Source of the DNA: Octopus vulgaris
Lineage: Eukaryota
Length of the DNA stretch: 64,000 bases
NCBI GenBank assembly: GCA_951406725.2
Contig: OX597815.1
Span: 212,164,001 to 212,228,000 of the forward strand
Direction of reading: 5' to 3'
The notes under the pieces: model-generated
Database searches by the model: none
What the model was told of the DNA's origin: nothing
Seen by the model: only the letters and a program-made list of their open reading frames with translations
Translations under genes and position numbers: made by a program
Part shown: in pieces, positions 26,951 through 41,372 of the stretch
Layout: each line of letters opens with the position of its first letter
Position numbering within the stretch: position 1 is the stretch's first letter

Positions 26951-29900
26951 AAGAAAGAAAGAAAGAAAGAAGAAAAGAGATAGTGTGCTGTGTGTCTATG
27001 TATTATACATAAAAATAGTCAATCAACTAACGAAAATATCACACAGAAGCAAAGGTGCTGTTGAAAGTATAAAGTAAAATCATTTGAATTAGAATCAATA
27101 AGTAATTCACAGCCAAGCAAAACTGTTTACTTAAAAACACACACAACTTAATGAAAGGATGAATTAATTTTTATTAGAAATGATGATTTATGTATGAAAT
27201 TAACAAATCTGACAAGGACAAGGAAAAACATTTCTTAAATGATCAGCTATAAAATCATGGTTAACAATTGAAAACTATTTTAAAATAGAAGATAAAACCC
27301 TTCCAATGAACATTCTAATTATCAAAAAATAATCTATATAGCTTCACTACTAATCAGTGTTTCTATGTTTTAATTTTAAAAGTTTCATAGCAATAAGAAA
27401 TTTTAATCACAAGAGTAAACCTAAAAGTACAAAGTCTTTATTGTAAAACTAATGGAAGTAATATATATAGGAACCAATATATAAGATGTATACAATCAGT
27501 TGTTGAACCTTTAATAACAGATAATAAATGTGATCGATTAAAACAACTTATAACTTAAAAGAAAAAGCAATAATCGGTTATTCCGTTATCAGTAGATATA
27601 AATTGATAAAAGTTCTGAATTTCATTAAGTGAACAAAGCTAAAAGATAAAAATGCAAGAAAAAAAAAAATACTTAGAGATATTTAAATTATGGTGAAGTA
27701 ACTTAGAAACAGCACTTTTGTTCCAACATGACTTTTTTTTAAATTGTGACAACGAAAGATCTACGAAACAATTTGATGGCAAAATCAATACAAATCTAAC
27801 ATGTTCATATACCAAGTAAAAGAAAGTTTTTGTTTCGAAATGAAAACTATATGGAGCATATACCACAGACAGGTATGCAGTATGTAAAAAATAAAGATAC
27901 ATATATATATATATATATATATATATCACCAATTTATTTTGCTTATGTCTCTAAACTTTCCCACTTATGATACCCCAAAATTTAGAAATTTCTTAAAAAC
28001 ATTTTTCGATATTGCAAACAATTTTTCTGAAAATTTAACCCAAGTCTGGGAAGGAGTAATGTGATTGGAAGAAGAAGATTTGGTAGATTTACCAAATAAT
28101 AGCCGTATTCGTTGTCTTCTAATCTCCATGATTTTCTGTTCTTCAGCTTTTTTGAATGATTGTGTAGCTTCCACTGGAACTAGAAGAGAAAAATAATAAT
28201 CATGAATATAATGTTATTTAATATTAAACCAAAACAGATCAAAGAAGTCAAAAATACCCCAATGCTTTCAAACAATATCTCAACAGATTTCTTCAAGGGA
28301 TACCAGACAAATCACTTTCACCTAGATACATCTCAGTCATCAGCAATTCCCTGCTTGAAAGGGGCCATATCACACAACTTGACTTAAAAATGACTTAACA
28401 GATTCTATCAGCTATTAAGTTAGGCATGGCCTGGACCCTTTTTTCACTAAAACATGTGTAAGGTTATGCATGTTTACTATCTTCTGAAACAAGCAAAAGA
28501 AGAATTAGCATACCGTAAAAACCCATGTAATTTGCACACCTGTGTAATTTACGCAGGTGATTTTCAGAATGAAATTTGTTAAAAAAAGCTTCTACACATG
28601 TAAAATTTGCATCCAAAAGTTTTCAGAATTGCTGATATGGCAAGGGTAAAAAAAGGTTTCCAATTTAGTTGCATTTAGCAGAATTTCACTTCCTCATGAT
28701 TAGATTTTCTTAAATTTTCATTAAATAAAAATAAATTCTGTTTAACAAGTATCACATTAAAAGCTATTAAATTACAAAGTGTTTGTGTTGTTTATGATAC
28801 TAGCGAGCACAGTGCATAGAACATGGGTGTTAAATGATTATGGCTGGATATAAACGGAATTCATTTACAACAATCATGCAATGTCAAGACAAAGAGACTC
28901 ACACACACATGTGTGTGTGTATGTATATATGTGTATATATATCATCATCATCATCATCATCATTTAACGTCCACTTTCCATGCTAGCATGGGTTGGACGA
29001 TTTGACTGAAGTCTGGCAAACCAGACTCCAATCTGATCTGGCAGGGTTTCTACAGCTGGATGCCCTTCCAAACGCCAACCACTCCGAGAGTGTGAGGGTG
29101 CATGGCCTAGTGGTTATTGTGTTGGACTCACAACTGTGAGATCGTGGTTTCAATTCTTAGACCTGGTAGTGTGTTGTGTTCTCGAGCAAAACACTTCATC
29201 TCACATTGCTCTGCGATCACTTCAACACATGACACGTGGCACACAGTGCACATGCTCAGACAATGTAGATTTGATGGAGAGAGTGAGCTATTGTGCAGCA
29301 TGAACATTTGCTCACTATAAACAAATCATTTGTGCAGATTGTTCAGCAAAGGCTGAATTGCTCATGTTGTCTTCAACAGGAATATATATGTATACACATA
29401 CACACAAACAGATTTCTTTTAGTGTCCATTGAACAAATGCATTCACAAGGCTTTGATAAGTACAGAGCTATACTAGAAGACCCTTGCATAATATGACACA
29501 GTGGGACTGAACCTGAAACCATGTGGCTGGGAAGCGAACTTCTTACCACACAGCTACATACTATCAGTGTGCTAATAGTTTACACACGCAAGCATGTATC
29601 TGACTCGTACACTGTTCGCTTTACAGACATTTGTACATTACTGCATATGCTTTATACACACTTTTTGATTGATAAGTTGTGGTGCACCTGAGCACTGTAT
29701 ACAATAATTTCATTATTTTTTTTTTTTGTTACTAATTTCAGTCACAGGACTGCAGCCATGCTAAAACTCAACTCTGAAGTTTATATGAACCCCAGTGGCG
29801 TATTTCATCAATCCCTATTTATAAAATAGTAGATGCTAAGCTAAGAATTTTAGTCATATAACAATTAGCCACCTAATTTTAATAAACCATGATCAAATTA

Positions 29901-32900
29901 TTTTTTAAATTTAAGCCAATGTGGGAGTTTGTGTGGTTGCTAAACATGCTAAATTTCCAAATTTCCCTCAAAGCCTCCCAACAAACTAAAAAGCTAAGAA
30001 TGTGGTGGATAACATAGTCTGAAAAGAAAGTTGAGATGGTCACAGCTGGAACGGCTTTGCTCATGGAGCTTCTATTTTACAGCCAAACTATCAAAAAAAT
30101 AACCAACAAAACTATTTGAATAAAAGTTTTATAATTTGGACCTGCCTTCTGACTAAATCTATATATATAAAACTCTAGTTGTGTGAGTGTCTGTCCCCTT
30201 CGATTTAGATTCCTAACTCCTCCCACATTTTGCGGTGCAGTTTAACCAAATTCGGGTATCTTATAGTCGTGATTCATATCGAGCCCGTCTGACTATTAGC
30301 GCGCGTCAACGATGAGTCTACGATTTTAAAAATAATTTAACATTATTTTTTATTCCATTTTAATGCATAAAATGCATCGTATGTCGATGGCGGCAGAGTT
30401 GCCGTCCACGCTCACAGCTGCACCTGTTTGCTTCTCCCCCTTCCCTCCCTCGTGAAGCTGTGGGGAAGGGAGTGTAAAGAAATCAACGTCGTAATGCGTT
30501 GTGCAGGAAACCAGCGTTCTTTTAGAACAACGACTTCATGGCTTGAAGACACCAAAACAAAAATGGCTAAGAAAGCCCGAATTTATAAGGGAAGTAACTC
30601 TCTAAAAATGCTTATATAGTTATTTCCCTTACAAACCCGAGCAACGCCGGGTGATACTGCTAGTTAAATATATAAAAAAAAAACTATTTAAAATTCTTCA
30701 ATATTTTTATCAAAATAAAATAAAATATAGGTGCAAGCATAGTTGTGTGGTAAGAATCTTTCTTCTCAACCATGTGGTCATGGGTTCTGTCCCACTATGT
30801 AGAACCTTGAGCAAGAACTTTCCACTTTAGTCCTGTGTCAACCAAAGCCTCGTCAATGAATTTGCTAGGCAGAAACTGGAAGTAACCCAACATAGATGTG
30901 TGTGTGTGAGTGTATAGTTATGTGTGTAAAGGTGTGTGCATGTTTCTTTGTATTTGTCTCCCACCTCTGCTTGATAACAAGCGTTGGTTTAATTCTATCC
31001 CTGTAACTTAACGGTTTTGCAAGAGATTGAGAGAGTAAGTCCCTGGCTTAAGAAAACAATAAATACTGTGGTCAATTCATTTGACAAAGATTCTTCGAGG
31101 CAGCGCCCCACCATGGCTGCAGTCTAATGATTGAAACAAGTCCAAGACAAAGGATAAAAGATGAATATAAGATGGAAATGAAGAATACAATGAAATTGCT
31201 TCCCAACCACATGGCTCTGGGTTCAGTCCCACTGTATGGCACCTTGGGCTGAGCAAAGCCTTGTGAGTGGATTTGATAGACAGAAACTGAAGGAAGCTCG
31301 TTGTATGTATATATGTGTGTGTGTGTGTGTGTGTCTGTGTTTGTCCCCACACCACTGCTTGACAACTGGTGCGAATGTCCCCATTACTTAGTGGTTCAGC
31401 AAAAGAAATTGATAAAATAAGCACTAGGCTCAAAAGATAAGTCCTGGGGTCGATTGTTCAACTGAAACCCTTCAAGGCAGTGCTTCAGCATGGCCACAGT
31501 GAAATGACTGAAAGAAGTAAAAGAATAAAAAAAGGAATTAAATAAATTTACCATCTCGAGGACAGTGGCTCACAGCGTAACTTAAATGATGTATCCATGA
31601 TTTCATGTCTTCTGTAGATTTACAAACCAGTTCATACATTTCGGGTGCCGTTTGTCTTTTCGAGATCAAATAGATGCCTTTGCAGTCTTTGGTATCTCCC
31701 TTTTCTCTAACAAGCAGTTCATATAATGGAATTACACAAGACTGAAATACAAGAAGTTAATATTTAATGAAACGGATTTTGAAATATTAACACCTTAAAT
31801 GGTGGGAAAGTGTTGAATGAAAAGGTGTACGAAATCAACAAAAAAAACAAAAAAAAAGTATCTCTCTTTTTTTTTAAGGATAATTCAACTATCTATTTAT
31901 ATAGTTATTGATATATCTGTAGATCTATTTATCTACATTCCTTTTCTGTTGATTTATGTATCTGTCTTCTCTCATCGTTTAGCGTCCGTTTTCCATGCTA
32001 GCATGGGTTGGACGGTTCAACTGGGGTCTGGGAAGCCAGGAGGCTGCACCAGGCCCAGTTTGATCTGGCAATGTTTCTACGGCTGGATGCCCTTCCTAAC
32101 GCCAACCACTCCATGAGTGTAGTGGGTGCTTTTTACGTGCCAGACGAGTCTGGCTAACGGCCACGATCGGATGGTGCTTTTTACGCGCCACTGGCACGGG
32201 GGCCAGGCGAGGCTGGCAAATGAGCATTTAACCCTAATAAAGAATAAAAAACAAAATGGATAATGATAGTGCCTCAGCATGGCCACAGCCTTTCAACTAG
32301 AACATGTAAAAGAATGAAAGAGTAACATCCATAGCTCTTTGCTAAGGTTATTTCACTTTAATACAGAGGGTGTCCATATGCTTCCATCAGAGTCAATCCC
32401 CTAAAGGCACAATGGATTAAGTGGCACTTTGCTCTATAAGAGTTTTATCAGTTGTTTTATCAGGTCATCTGCTCTATAAACGGCATAAAACAAACTACAC
32501 ACAACTTTTGCAAATATATACAATGTAGAAAGCTTAATGATATTACAAGAAGAGAAAGGTATTATGCGTTTTGTGTTACCATACAAGGCATGGATGTGTA
32601 AGAATCTTTTTATAGTCACAAACTAAAGTCTTACAAATTCAGTTTTTTTTTCTATTTCTGTGAGTTCTTATATCAAATGATAGAACAGACTGCCATTTTA
32701 GATATCAAGTATACCCGATACTTAATTTGCAGTTTGTTGCAGTGATGTGACAAGATTAAAAATAATACCATGAAGTTTGAAGAGCAACAAGGAATAGAGT
32801 GAAAGACAAACCTTGTTATCTTGCATTGTGAAAGTATATTTTTGATTATTTTCTTGCATAAGAACAATGAGATCAGTTAATACCAGAGCTGTTACATCTG

Positions 32901-35900
32901 AAAATATATTAATATATAACAAAGTTAGACCAGACAAGGTTCTATACGACATCATATAATCAAACTGCATTGCAATATATTATATACAGTTTATATAATT
33001 CCAATTTATATAACAAATACATTTATTAAAAAAATTTTTATTTTAATCCTTTTAAGAATAGGGTAACCAAAATTTACTAACTAGAGATATTGGATAACAT
33101 ATTCCTTAAGAAAATAAGCACAACTGGAGACCTTAACTACTAAGTGTGAAGATCAATGATCAATAGGAGTTGGGTTGGTAGCTCCTATAAATTACCAATT
33201 GTACCCAGCTTTGCTACAGCCATGACCAACATCTTCACCACTATGATGACATTTGCTACTGTTGCCTACCAGCACCATGTTCTCACCATAACTACTGCCA
33301 AAATATACACAACCACCACCACCACCACTACAGACAGTGAAGTTGACTACCACTTCTGCCAACCTAAAGCTGGCTGTCCACCCACTGTGACCTCTACAGT
33401 CACCAGCAACACCATTTCTGGAGAACTGTTGCTGCTATCACATTTGCTGAACAAACCAGGGTCACTGGCCTCACAGTATTCTGGACGGTAAGGTTTACAT
33501 TGGCCCACATTTGTAAACCGTGTCCTTTGTGCAAGAAACATATAAAGGTTACTCAATGTTGCTTTTTGCACTGTTAGAAGCTCTTCCTTTTTTTTTTGTT
33601 ACTTTACAACTTATTGTGTCAATGGTTTGTTAATTTGTATTACACTTACTTGGAACTTTAAAATAGCTAAAACTGAAAACAATCTTTAATCATCAACCCA
33701 ATTGTTCAAAATGATATCTAGAATACAAAAATATAGTCAGAAGAAGAGCAGTCTTCGATTTTATCCCTTGAAATTCTGAATTCAAATCCTTTTCAAAAAG
33801 AGCAGTAGTTAAATATTGAAATAACTTTGCTTTCTGCCAAAATTTGTGACATTCATCATCATCATCATCATCATCGTTTAGCGTCCACTTTCCATGCTAG
33901 CATGGGTTGGACAGGTCAACTGGGGTCTGTGAAGCTGGAAGGCTTCGTCAGGCCCAGTCAGATCTGGCAGTGTTTCTACGGCTGGATGCTCTTCCTAACG
34001 CCAACCACTCCGTGAGTGTAGTGGGTGTTTTTTACGTGCCACCTGCACTGGTGCCAGACAGAGCTGGCGAACGGCCACGAACGGATGGTGCTTTTACGTG
34101 TCACCGGCACGGGGCCAGGCGATGCTGGCAACGGACACGAACGGATGGTGCTTTTACGTGCCACCGACATGGGGCCAGACAGAGCTGGCAAACGGCCACG
34201 AACGGATGGTGCTTTTACGTGTCACCGACACGGGGCCAGACAGAGCTGGCAACCGGCCACGAACGGACGGTGCTTTTACGTGTCACCGGCACGGGGGCCA
34301 GCCGAGGCTGGCAACGGACACGAACGGATGGTGCTTTTACGTGCCACCGACACGGTTGCCAGACAGAGCTGAATATAATATATATATTATTAGCACAGTA
34401 ATGTATAATAATGTATACTGAACTTATTGCATACAGTGCTCAGGTGCACCACAACTCATCAGAAAAAGTAACCAAAATTGCATGAACTACACAGAATATG
34501 CACAGGAAGTGAACAGTAAAATAGTCTTTAAAAAAAAAGATTTTAAGAAAGAAGAAATGGGGGTGGGGGTAAGGGCACCAGATGTACTGTTGGCAAATTT
34601 CAAGAAGCACAGAAGTTTTGAACGATGTTCTGTCTCAACTGCTAACTACTGATGCAGGTAGTTTAAGGAACCAACTTCATGATATGATTTCATTTCTGAT
34701 TTTAATGATTCTATTTTCTTTATATTATTAATAATACCTTCTAAAAAAAGGCATGAATCACCCTCACTCTCACCTCTCAAGGGCATTGTACCTATGTAAG
34801 AAATCAGGTTGTTTGGCTAAGAGCCACCACTCTGCTTTGCTCACATCATTATTTAATTGTTTACTTTCAAAAAGTCAACAACTTTCGAAGAGCATTAAAA
34901 TCAAATGTACAAATCACAAGGACAGTGTGCATAACAATTTTTTAAAATATAAATCTAATTTATCATCATTTAACATTCACTTTTCCACATTTGCATAGGT
35001 CAGACAGAATTTGTTCAGGTAGCTTTTCTATGGCCACATGCCCTTCTTGCCATCAAACTTTGCATGCTTCCAAGTAAGGTAATACTCTCCCATGACCTGA
35101 CAAGTTTTCGCAAAAAAAAAACTGAAAATGCAAAACACCACTTGCGTGATGGTGACCCTCATTTACAACTCTCATGTTATGTCAAGGTAAGGAGACAGTA
35201 ACACACACACATACACACAGATATACATACACACACACACACACACACACACATATACGCATGATAACTATCTCAGTTTCCATCTACCAAACCTACTCAC
35301 AAGAGAATGGTTGGTCTGGGTTTATTTATAGTAGATGACACACACATGTAACAAAGACCAATAACAGAATAATCTTAATTATTTACTAATCTTAATATTT
35401 TTATGACTTAGTAGTAACAACGTCAGGCATGAAGACACATGGCTCAGTAGTAGAGTGTTGGGCGTGAAGGCACATGGCTCAGTGGTTAAAACATCAGGCT
35501 CACAATCATGATGTAGTGAGTCCAATTCCTAGACCAAGCTGTGTTGTGTTCTTGAGCAAGACACTTTATTTCATATTGTTCCAGTTCACTCAGCTGTAGA
35601 AATGAGTTGCAACGTCACTGGTACCAAGCTGCATCAGCATTTGTCTTTTCGTTGAATAACATCAGTGGTGTTGAGAGGGGGAGGTGTCATGCATGGGTGA
35701 CTGCTGGTCTTCCATAAACAACTTTGTTTGGACTTGTGCATTGGAGGAGAACTTTCTAGGGTGCAATCCCATGATCATTCATGAGTGAAGGGTGAGGTCT
35801 TTACAAAATGCCAAAGAGAAAAGTGTTTCATAAGATTAAAAGTCCCTTACCAGTTACTTTACCACGTGATGTTTTCCAACCAATCTCACCCTCATGAATT

Positions 35901-37283
35901 AACTTTCGACAATTAGCACTTAAATCTAACCTCTGCAAATAGAAAATGAAAGATTAAGCAGGCTACAAACCACAATAACATGTATTCAATGATTACCAGA
36001 CAAACCTGTTTCCCTTCGTCTAACAAGCTGTGTGTCACAGCCCTACCTCAGAATCAAAATAGTTTCCAAAAAAAGAAGACTACAAGGATAAAAATACTTG
36101 CAGCAATAATTCATGTAAAAATACTTAAATTAACAGAAATCATCCTACAAAAGGCGGCAAGCTGGCAGAATTGTTAGCACACTGAGCGAAATGCTTAGCA
36201 GTATTTCATCTGCCGCTACGTTCTGAGTTCAAATTCCGCCGAGGTCGACTTTGCCTTTCATCCTTTCAGGGTCGATAAATTAAGTACCAGTTATGCACTG
36301 GGGTTCGATATAACCGACTTAATCCATTTGTCCTCTCTGTGTTTAGCCCCTTGTGGGTAGTAAAGAAATAGGTATTCCGTCTAGCATTACGTTTTGAGTT
36401 CAAATTCCACCGAGGTCGACTTTGCCTTTCATCCTTTCAGAGTCGATTAAATAAGTACCAGTTATGGACTGGGGTCGATATAATCGACTTAATCCATTTG
36501 TCTGTCCTTGTTTGTCCCCTCTGTGTTTAGCCCCTTGTGGGCAATTAAGAAATAAGAAATCATCCTACATATGTTATGTGTTTCAATTAAAGACTGAATT
36601 TATAAAAAAAAGTAAATAAATAAAAACATTTTTAAAAATCAACATTGTCATCATCATCATCATCACCATCATCATTAAACGTCCTCTTTGCCATGCTTAC
36701 ACAGGTCAGACTGAATCTATTCAGACAGCTATTTCTTTTTTTTTTTCCTGGCTGCATGCCATTACTGTTGCCAATGCTGACCTGTTTCCAGCCAAGCAAA
36801 TATTTCCTCCATGGTCAGACATGTTTTTCACAGAAGACTGGAGATGAACAACATCACTAGAATGACAGTGATATTCCTTTACAACTACGATTTGATGTCA
36901 AGACAAGGGAACTTACAGGGAAAAATTAGATTTAGGATTAAATCTAATTTTATAGTATAAATATATATATATATTATATTAAATTGGAGATAAAACCACT
37001 ATTAGGCAAATCAAATAGTGAAAATCATAAACCAATACATAGAAATAAAATTAATTAATAAAAAATATATAAAATATAAAATTCAAAATTTAAAATATTT
37101 AAATTAAAGTTAAAATTTTAAAAATTATTTAAATTAATAATTTAAACTTATAAATTTTTAAATATATATATATATATTGAATTTTATATTTCATATATTT
37201 TTTATTAATTAATTTTATTTCTATGTATTGGTTTATGATTCTCATTGTTTGATTTGCCTAATAGTGGTCTTATCTCTAATTTA

Positions 37284-37326
<43 letters not shown>

Positions 37327-38596
37327 GTATGGCAGGCTTCTAGTTACCATCTACGAAACCCACTCACAAGGCTTTGGTCAACTTGAGGCTATAGCAGAAG
37401 ACACAGGCTCTAGGTGCTGCACAGTGAAACTGAAACAGAGACCACATTGCTGGGAAGTAAGCTTCTTAACCACACAGCCTTGACTGTGCCTAATACATAA
37501 AATCATCACCATTTAATTACCATTTCCCAGGCTGGATAACTTGACAGGAGCTGGTAAAGCCAAGGGTCACTCCAAGTTCCATAATCTGTTTTGGCATGGT
37601 TTCTACAGCTAGTTGCCCTTCCTAATGCCAACCACTTAACAGAGTATACCGGGTGCTTTTTACATGGCACCATCACCAGTGCTTTTTACATGGCACCTTG
37701 GTTTTAGGATATCAATTCTGTTGTGGTGGGCAGGTCTTCTTAACCATTAAAAAGCATTGAATTACCTTAAATTTTCTTCCTCGATATGACGCAGAAGAAC
37801 GGGGATCAATCCGTTGTATAATTTCTTCAAGGTGTTGTGCACGTTCATATTCTTCAACTTGAGAATTCACATTCGTTAAAATTTCTTTGATATGTTCTAA
37901 AGCTAGAAGCAAATTATCACGTTCCTTTTTATCTAAAAAATAAAATTGATGAAATTGGTTAACTCAAGAATAACTGTTTTCTTCAATAAAATTCATTGAC
38001 CAAAATAGTTCACATCAACCATGCTGCTCTCTCTGATTTCAACATAACCCTAGCTCAGGTGGTTTAAATGCTAATTAACCCATCAGCAATTAACCCTTTC
38101 ACATTCAGATTACTCAGTCAAATGTAAAATTTATTCATTCACATTGGTTTCAAATAATCATGTATGGTCTCAGAGCTTTGGGATTTCAATGTTGTGGTAG
38201 CATACATTTAGAATGACATTGTAGGGTAGGTGTGAGAGACTTAATCTGGCTGGTTTCAACCTAAAACAGGTAGAATATTTGGGCCAGACATCACCAGTTT
38301 GAATATTAAAGGGTTAAAGGACTGTCTCTTCAAACCAGTTTACTGCACCATAATCTGCTTCAACCAGTCTCTGTATGTACAAAAATTCAAAACAATTGAA
38401 ACTACACTGACAAATAACATCATCATCATCATTTTCATTTTTCTGTGCTTGCATGGAATTGCCAACCCTCATGTTTCCAAGCAAAGTAATATTTACCCCA
38501 TAGCCAGACATGTTCTCACTGAATATTGGAAGTGAATAACACTGCTTGTTTGACATTGAAAATCATTTACAAACGTAACTTGCTGTCAAGACCAGG

Positions 38597-38629
<33 letters not shown>

Positions 38630-41337
38630 TGGTAGTCTTCTTTAACCTGTCTACCAAATCCATTCACAAGGCTTTGGTTAACACAGGGCTATAATAGAAG
38701 ACACCCACCCAGGGTGCCTTGTAGCGAGCATATGGCTGGAAAGCAAACTTCTTACCAAACAGCAACGCACATGTCTACATTTAACTATATAACCTCAATC
38801 TAAAAATTACAAACCACAGAACGCAATAATACCAAGTGAAAAATCAATAAAACTTTGACAAATACTTTACCGCTTAGTCATTCAGTTGGTCAATAATTCA
38901 GATAAAATTACACCAAGTCAACACAATATAAAATCAACAGAAAATAAATTTGTTATAAAATGAAATGTCTACCTTTTGTGTTTTTAACAATACTTTCAAT
39001 CATTGTTGGATATTTTGTGAGACGATGAGTAACAATGAGAAGAAAATCAGGAATTTCTCGTTTCGCAAACAAGCTATTACTTGACCATCGCTGCAAATAA
39101 GAGAAATGTTAGAAATAAGTAATAAAATCAGTAAAATGGTTGGCAAAAGGAAGGGCATCCAGCCACTGAAATCTGGGCATGCAGGGACCAACTTGTGACA
39201 GCAATGGCTCCCAAGAGACGACCTGGACTGTGACAATCCAGCCAACACATGCCAGCATGGAAAGCAGATTTTCTACGCCTGGATGCCTTCCCAGTTGGCA
39301 ACATGTAATTTTTTTCAAGCAAAGTAGTAAGTCCTCATAGCTGGAAATATTTTCACAAAAGACTTGGAGCAAAGGACATTGCTTTTGTGACTGACACAAC
39401 CACACAATATTAAGACAACAAAACACATGCAAGATGGGTTTCTTTCAGTTTCTGTCAACCAAATCCACCCACAATACCTGTGTCAGTACACAGTTACGTT
39501 GGAAGACACATGCACAAGGTACCAAACAGGGGAAACAGTGGGGATGAACCTAAAATCATATGGTTGGCAAGTGAGCTTCTTAACCATGGGTCATAGCTGT
39601 GCCTATGTTTTTTTAATGTGTGGTGAAGAAGGAGGAGGAGGAGGAGAGAGAGAGAGAGAAATAATAAGAGAAGTCAGTACTATTCTGAATATTGCTCTAT
39701 TTTTGTGAAACTTGGACAACTGTCCAGGGCCCTTAGAAGCCAGTTGGACTCCTTTGGTACCAGGACACTTTGCATGATTATGGGTCATCATTGGTCAGAT
39801 TTTGTATCCAACCAACAACTATGCTCAGAAACTGGGATGCATCCTGTTCTTTGTATGATTTAGGATTGTCAGTTCAGACTGTTTGGTCATGTTGCTCAAG
39901 TTGCTGAGTTGGATGCCAGACATTGTGTTCTCTTCTCTGAGGATGTGGCTGAGGGGACAGCTCATATTGGTCGACCACATGCCACACGGTTACACCAAAT
40001 GAGGAAGTATCTTGCAGAGATGGGGACTCACTGGGACACTGCTCAGAGGGTTGCCCAGGATGACCCAAGTAAATACTGGTAAATGGTAGACGTAGCTTGC
40101 TTCCTAACCACATGGTTTCGGGTTCAGTCCCACTGTGTGGCACTTTGGGTAAGTGTCTTCCACTATAGCCCCGAGCCGACCGGAGCTTTGTGATTGAATT
40201 CGGTAGGTGGGAGTTACTGCCGAGTGTGTATATGTGCGTGTAGGTGCTTGTGCTTCTCCGAAAGAGAGAGAGGGGAGTGATGCACTGCAGCAGCACATAC
40301 TCCCATACCTGCCCTGAGGTGGATAAGACCACTTGACCCATATGTGAAATACAGGTTCAATACCAGTTCAAGCAAAGTGCAATATGACCTAATCACAATC
40401 ACAGGTCAATTGTTTGAAATAAAAAAAAAAGGGTATTAACCAATAATTTATTTCTTCATTTCTTAAGTCATCTCAAAATCAAAAATTTAGGCATTCTAAA
40501 AAATAAAATAACCATTATTTGTAGTTTCTAATATAACAAAACTGGGTAAAACTATTATTATCTCTTCTTTTTATCAGATCTAAATAACATTTTCAAATCA
40601 ATGTAATATGTGAAAGGAACTGATGGAAAAGCGGTGTTTAGACTTACCTTAACAAGAGACAGAACTCTGCGATCAGTTATCAAATCTTTGTAGACAGTAG
40701 CAGATTCTTTATGATGTGAACAAAAGTAGCCATAGACATTTTTAATCCTCTCACTATTTTCTCCATCAAACTGTTAAAAGGCAAGTAAAAAAAAATTAAT
40801 TATTTCAATGCATTTATCATTTTTAAAATAAACAGTAAGATGATATACAACTGATATCACTGACCTAATAATTAGTTAGCCATTATGATAAAACTAATTA
40901 CAGAAATCTGTAATCATTTTGCCATGTCCAATCAAGTGGGGGAATATATACACGACAGAATCCAAGAAACTGGCCTTGTGGACTTATGGCTCATGAAGGA
41001 CCTTTCATCTTTTTTTGATGATAATTTTATAAAGTTTCTCAGTAATCATACAATATTTCTTGTGTGTGTCTGATCAATTTTAATTCTAATAGGTTATATT
41101 TTGCTTATTCCATTTTATTGTCTGTTTTTCTATGCTAGCATGGATAAGATGTCTGTATCCATGGAAATACTGCTTTCCAACTGGGATGCCCAACCTGTTT
41201 TATCAAGTTAGAAGAGATCTGTTATTTCACATATCTTTGAGGGCACCAGCAGTGTTGTATTTGGCGGTTATCCTAGTGTCGAGAGAACAGACAACAGCGC
41301 TGCTCATAGCAAGCAACTTTCACAGAGCATGAATATG

Positions 41338-41372
<35 letters not shown>

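Noticed and set aside
33907-34421. Overlapping ORFs of 107-164 aa and a CRISPR-like look
   Set aside because: The ORFs arise from a GC-rich tandem repeat. Units are homologous along their whole length, with no unique spacers or cas genes, in a eukaryotic intron.
39874-40341. 155-aa minus-strand ORF
   Set aside because: It runs through a family A SINE fragment and has no recognisable domain.
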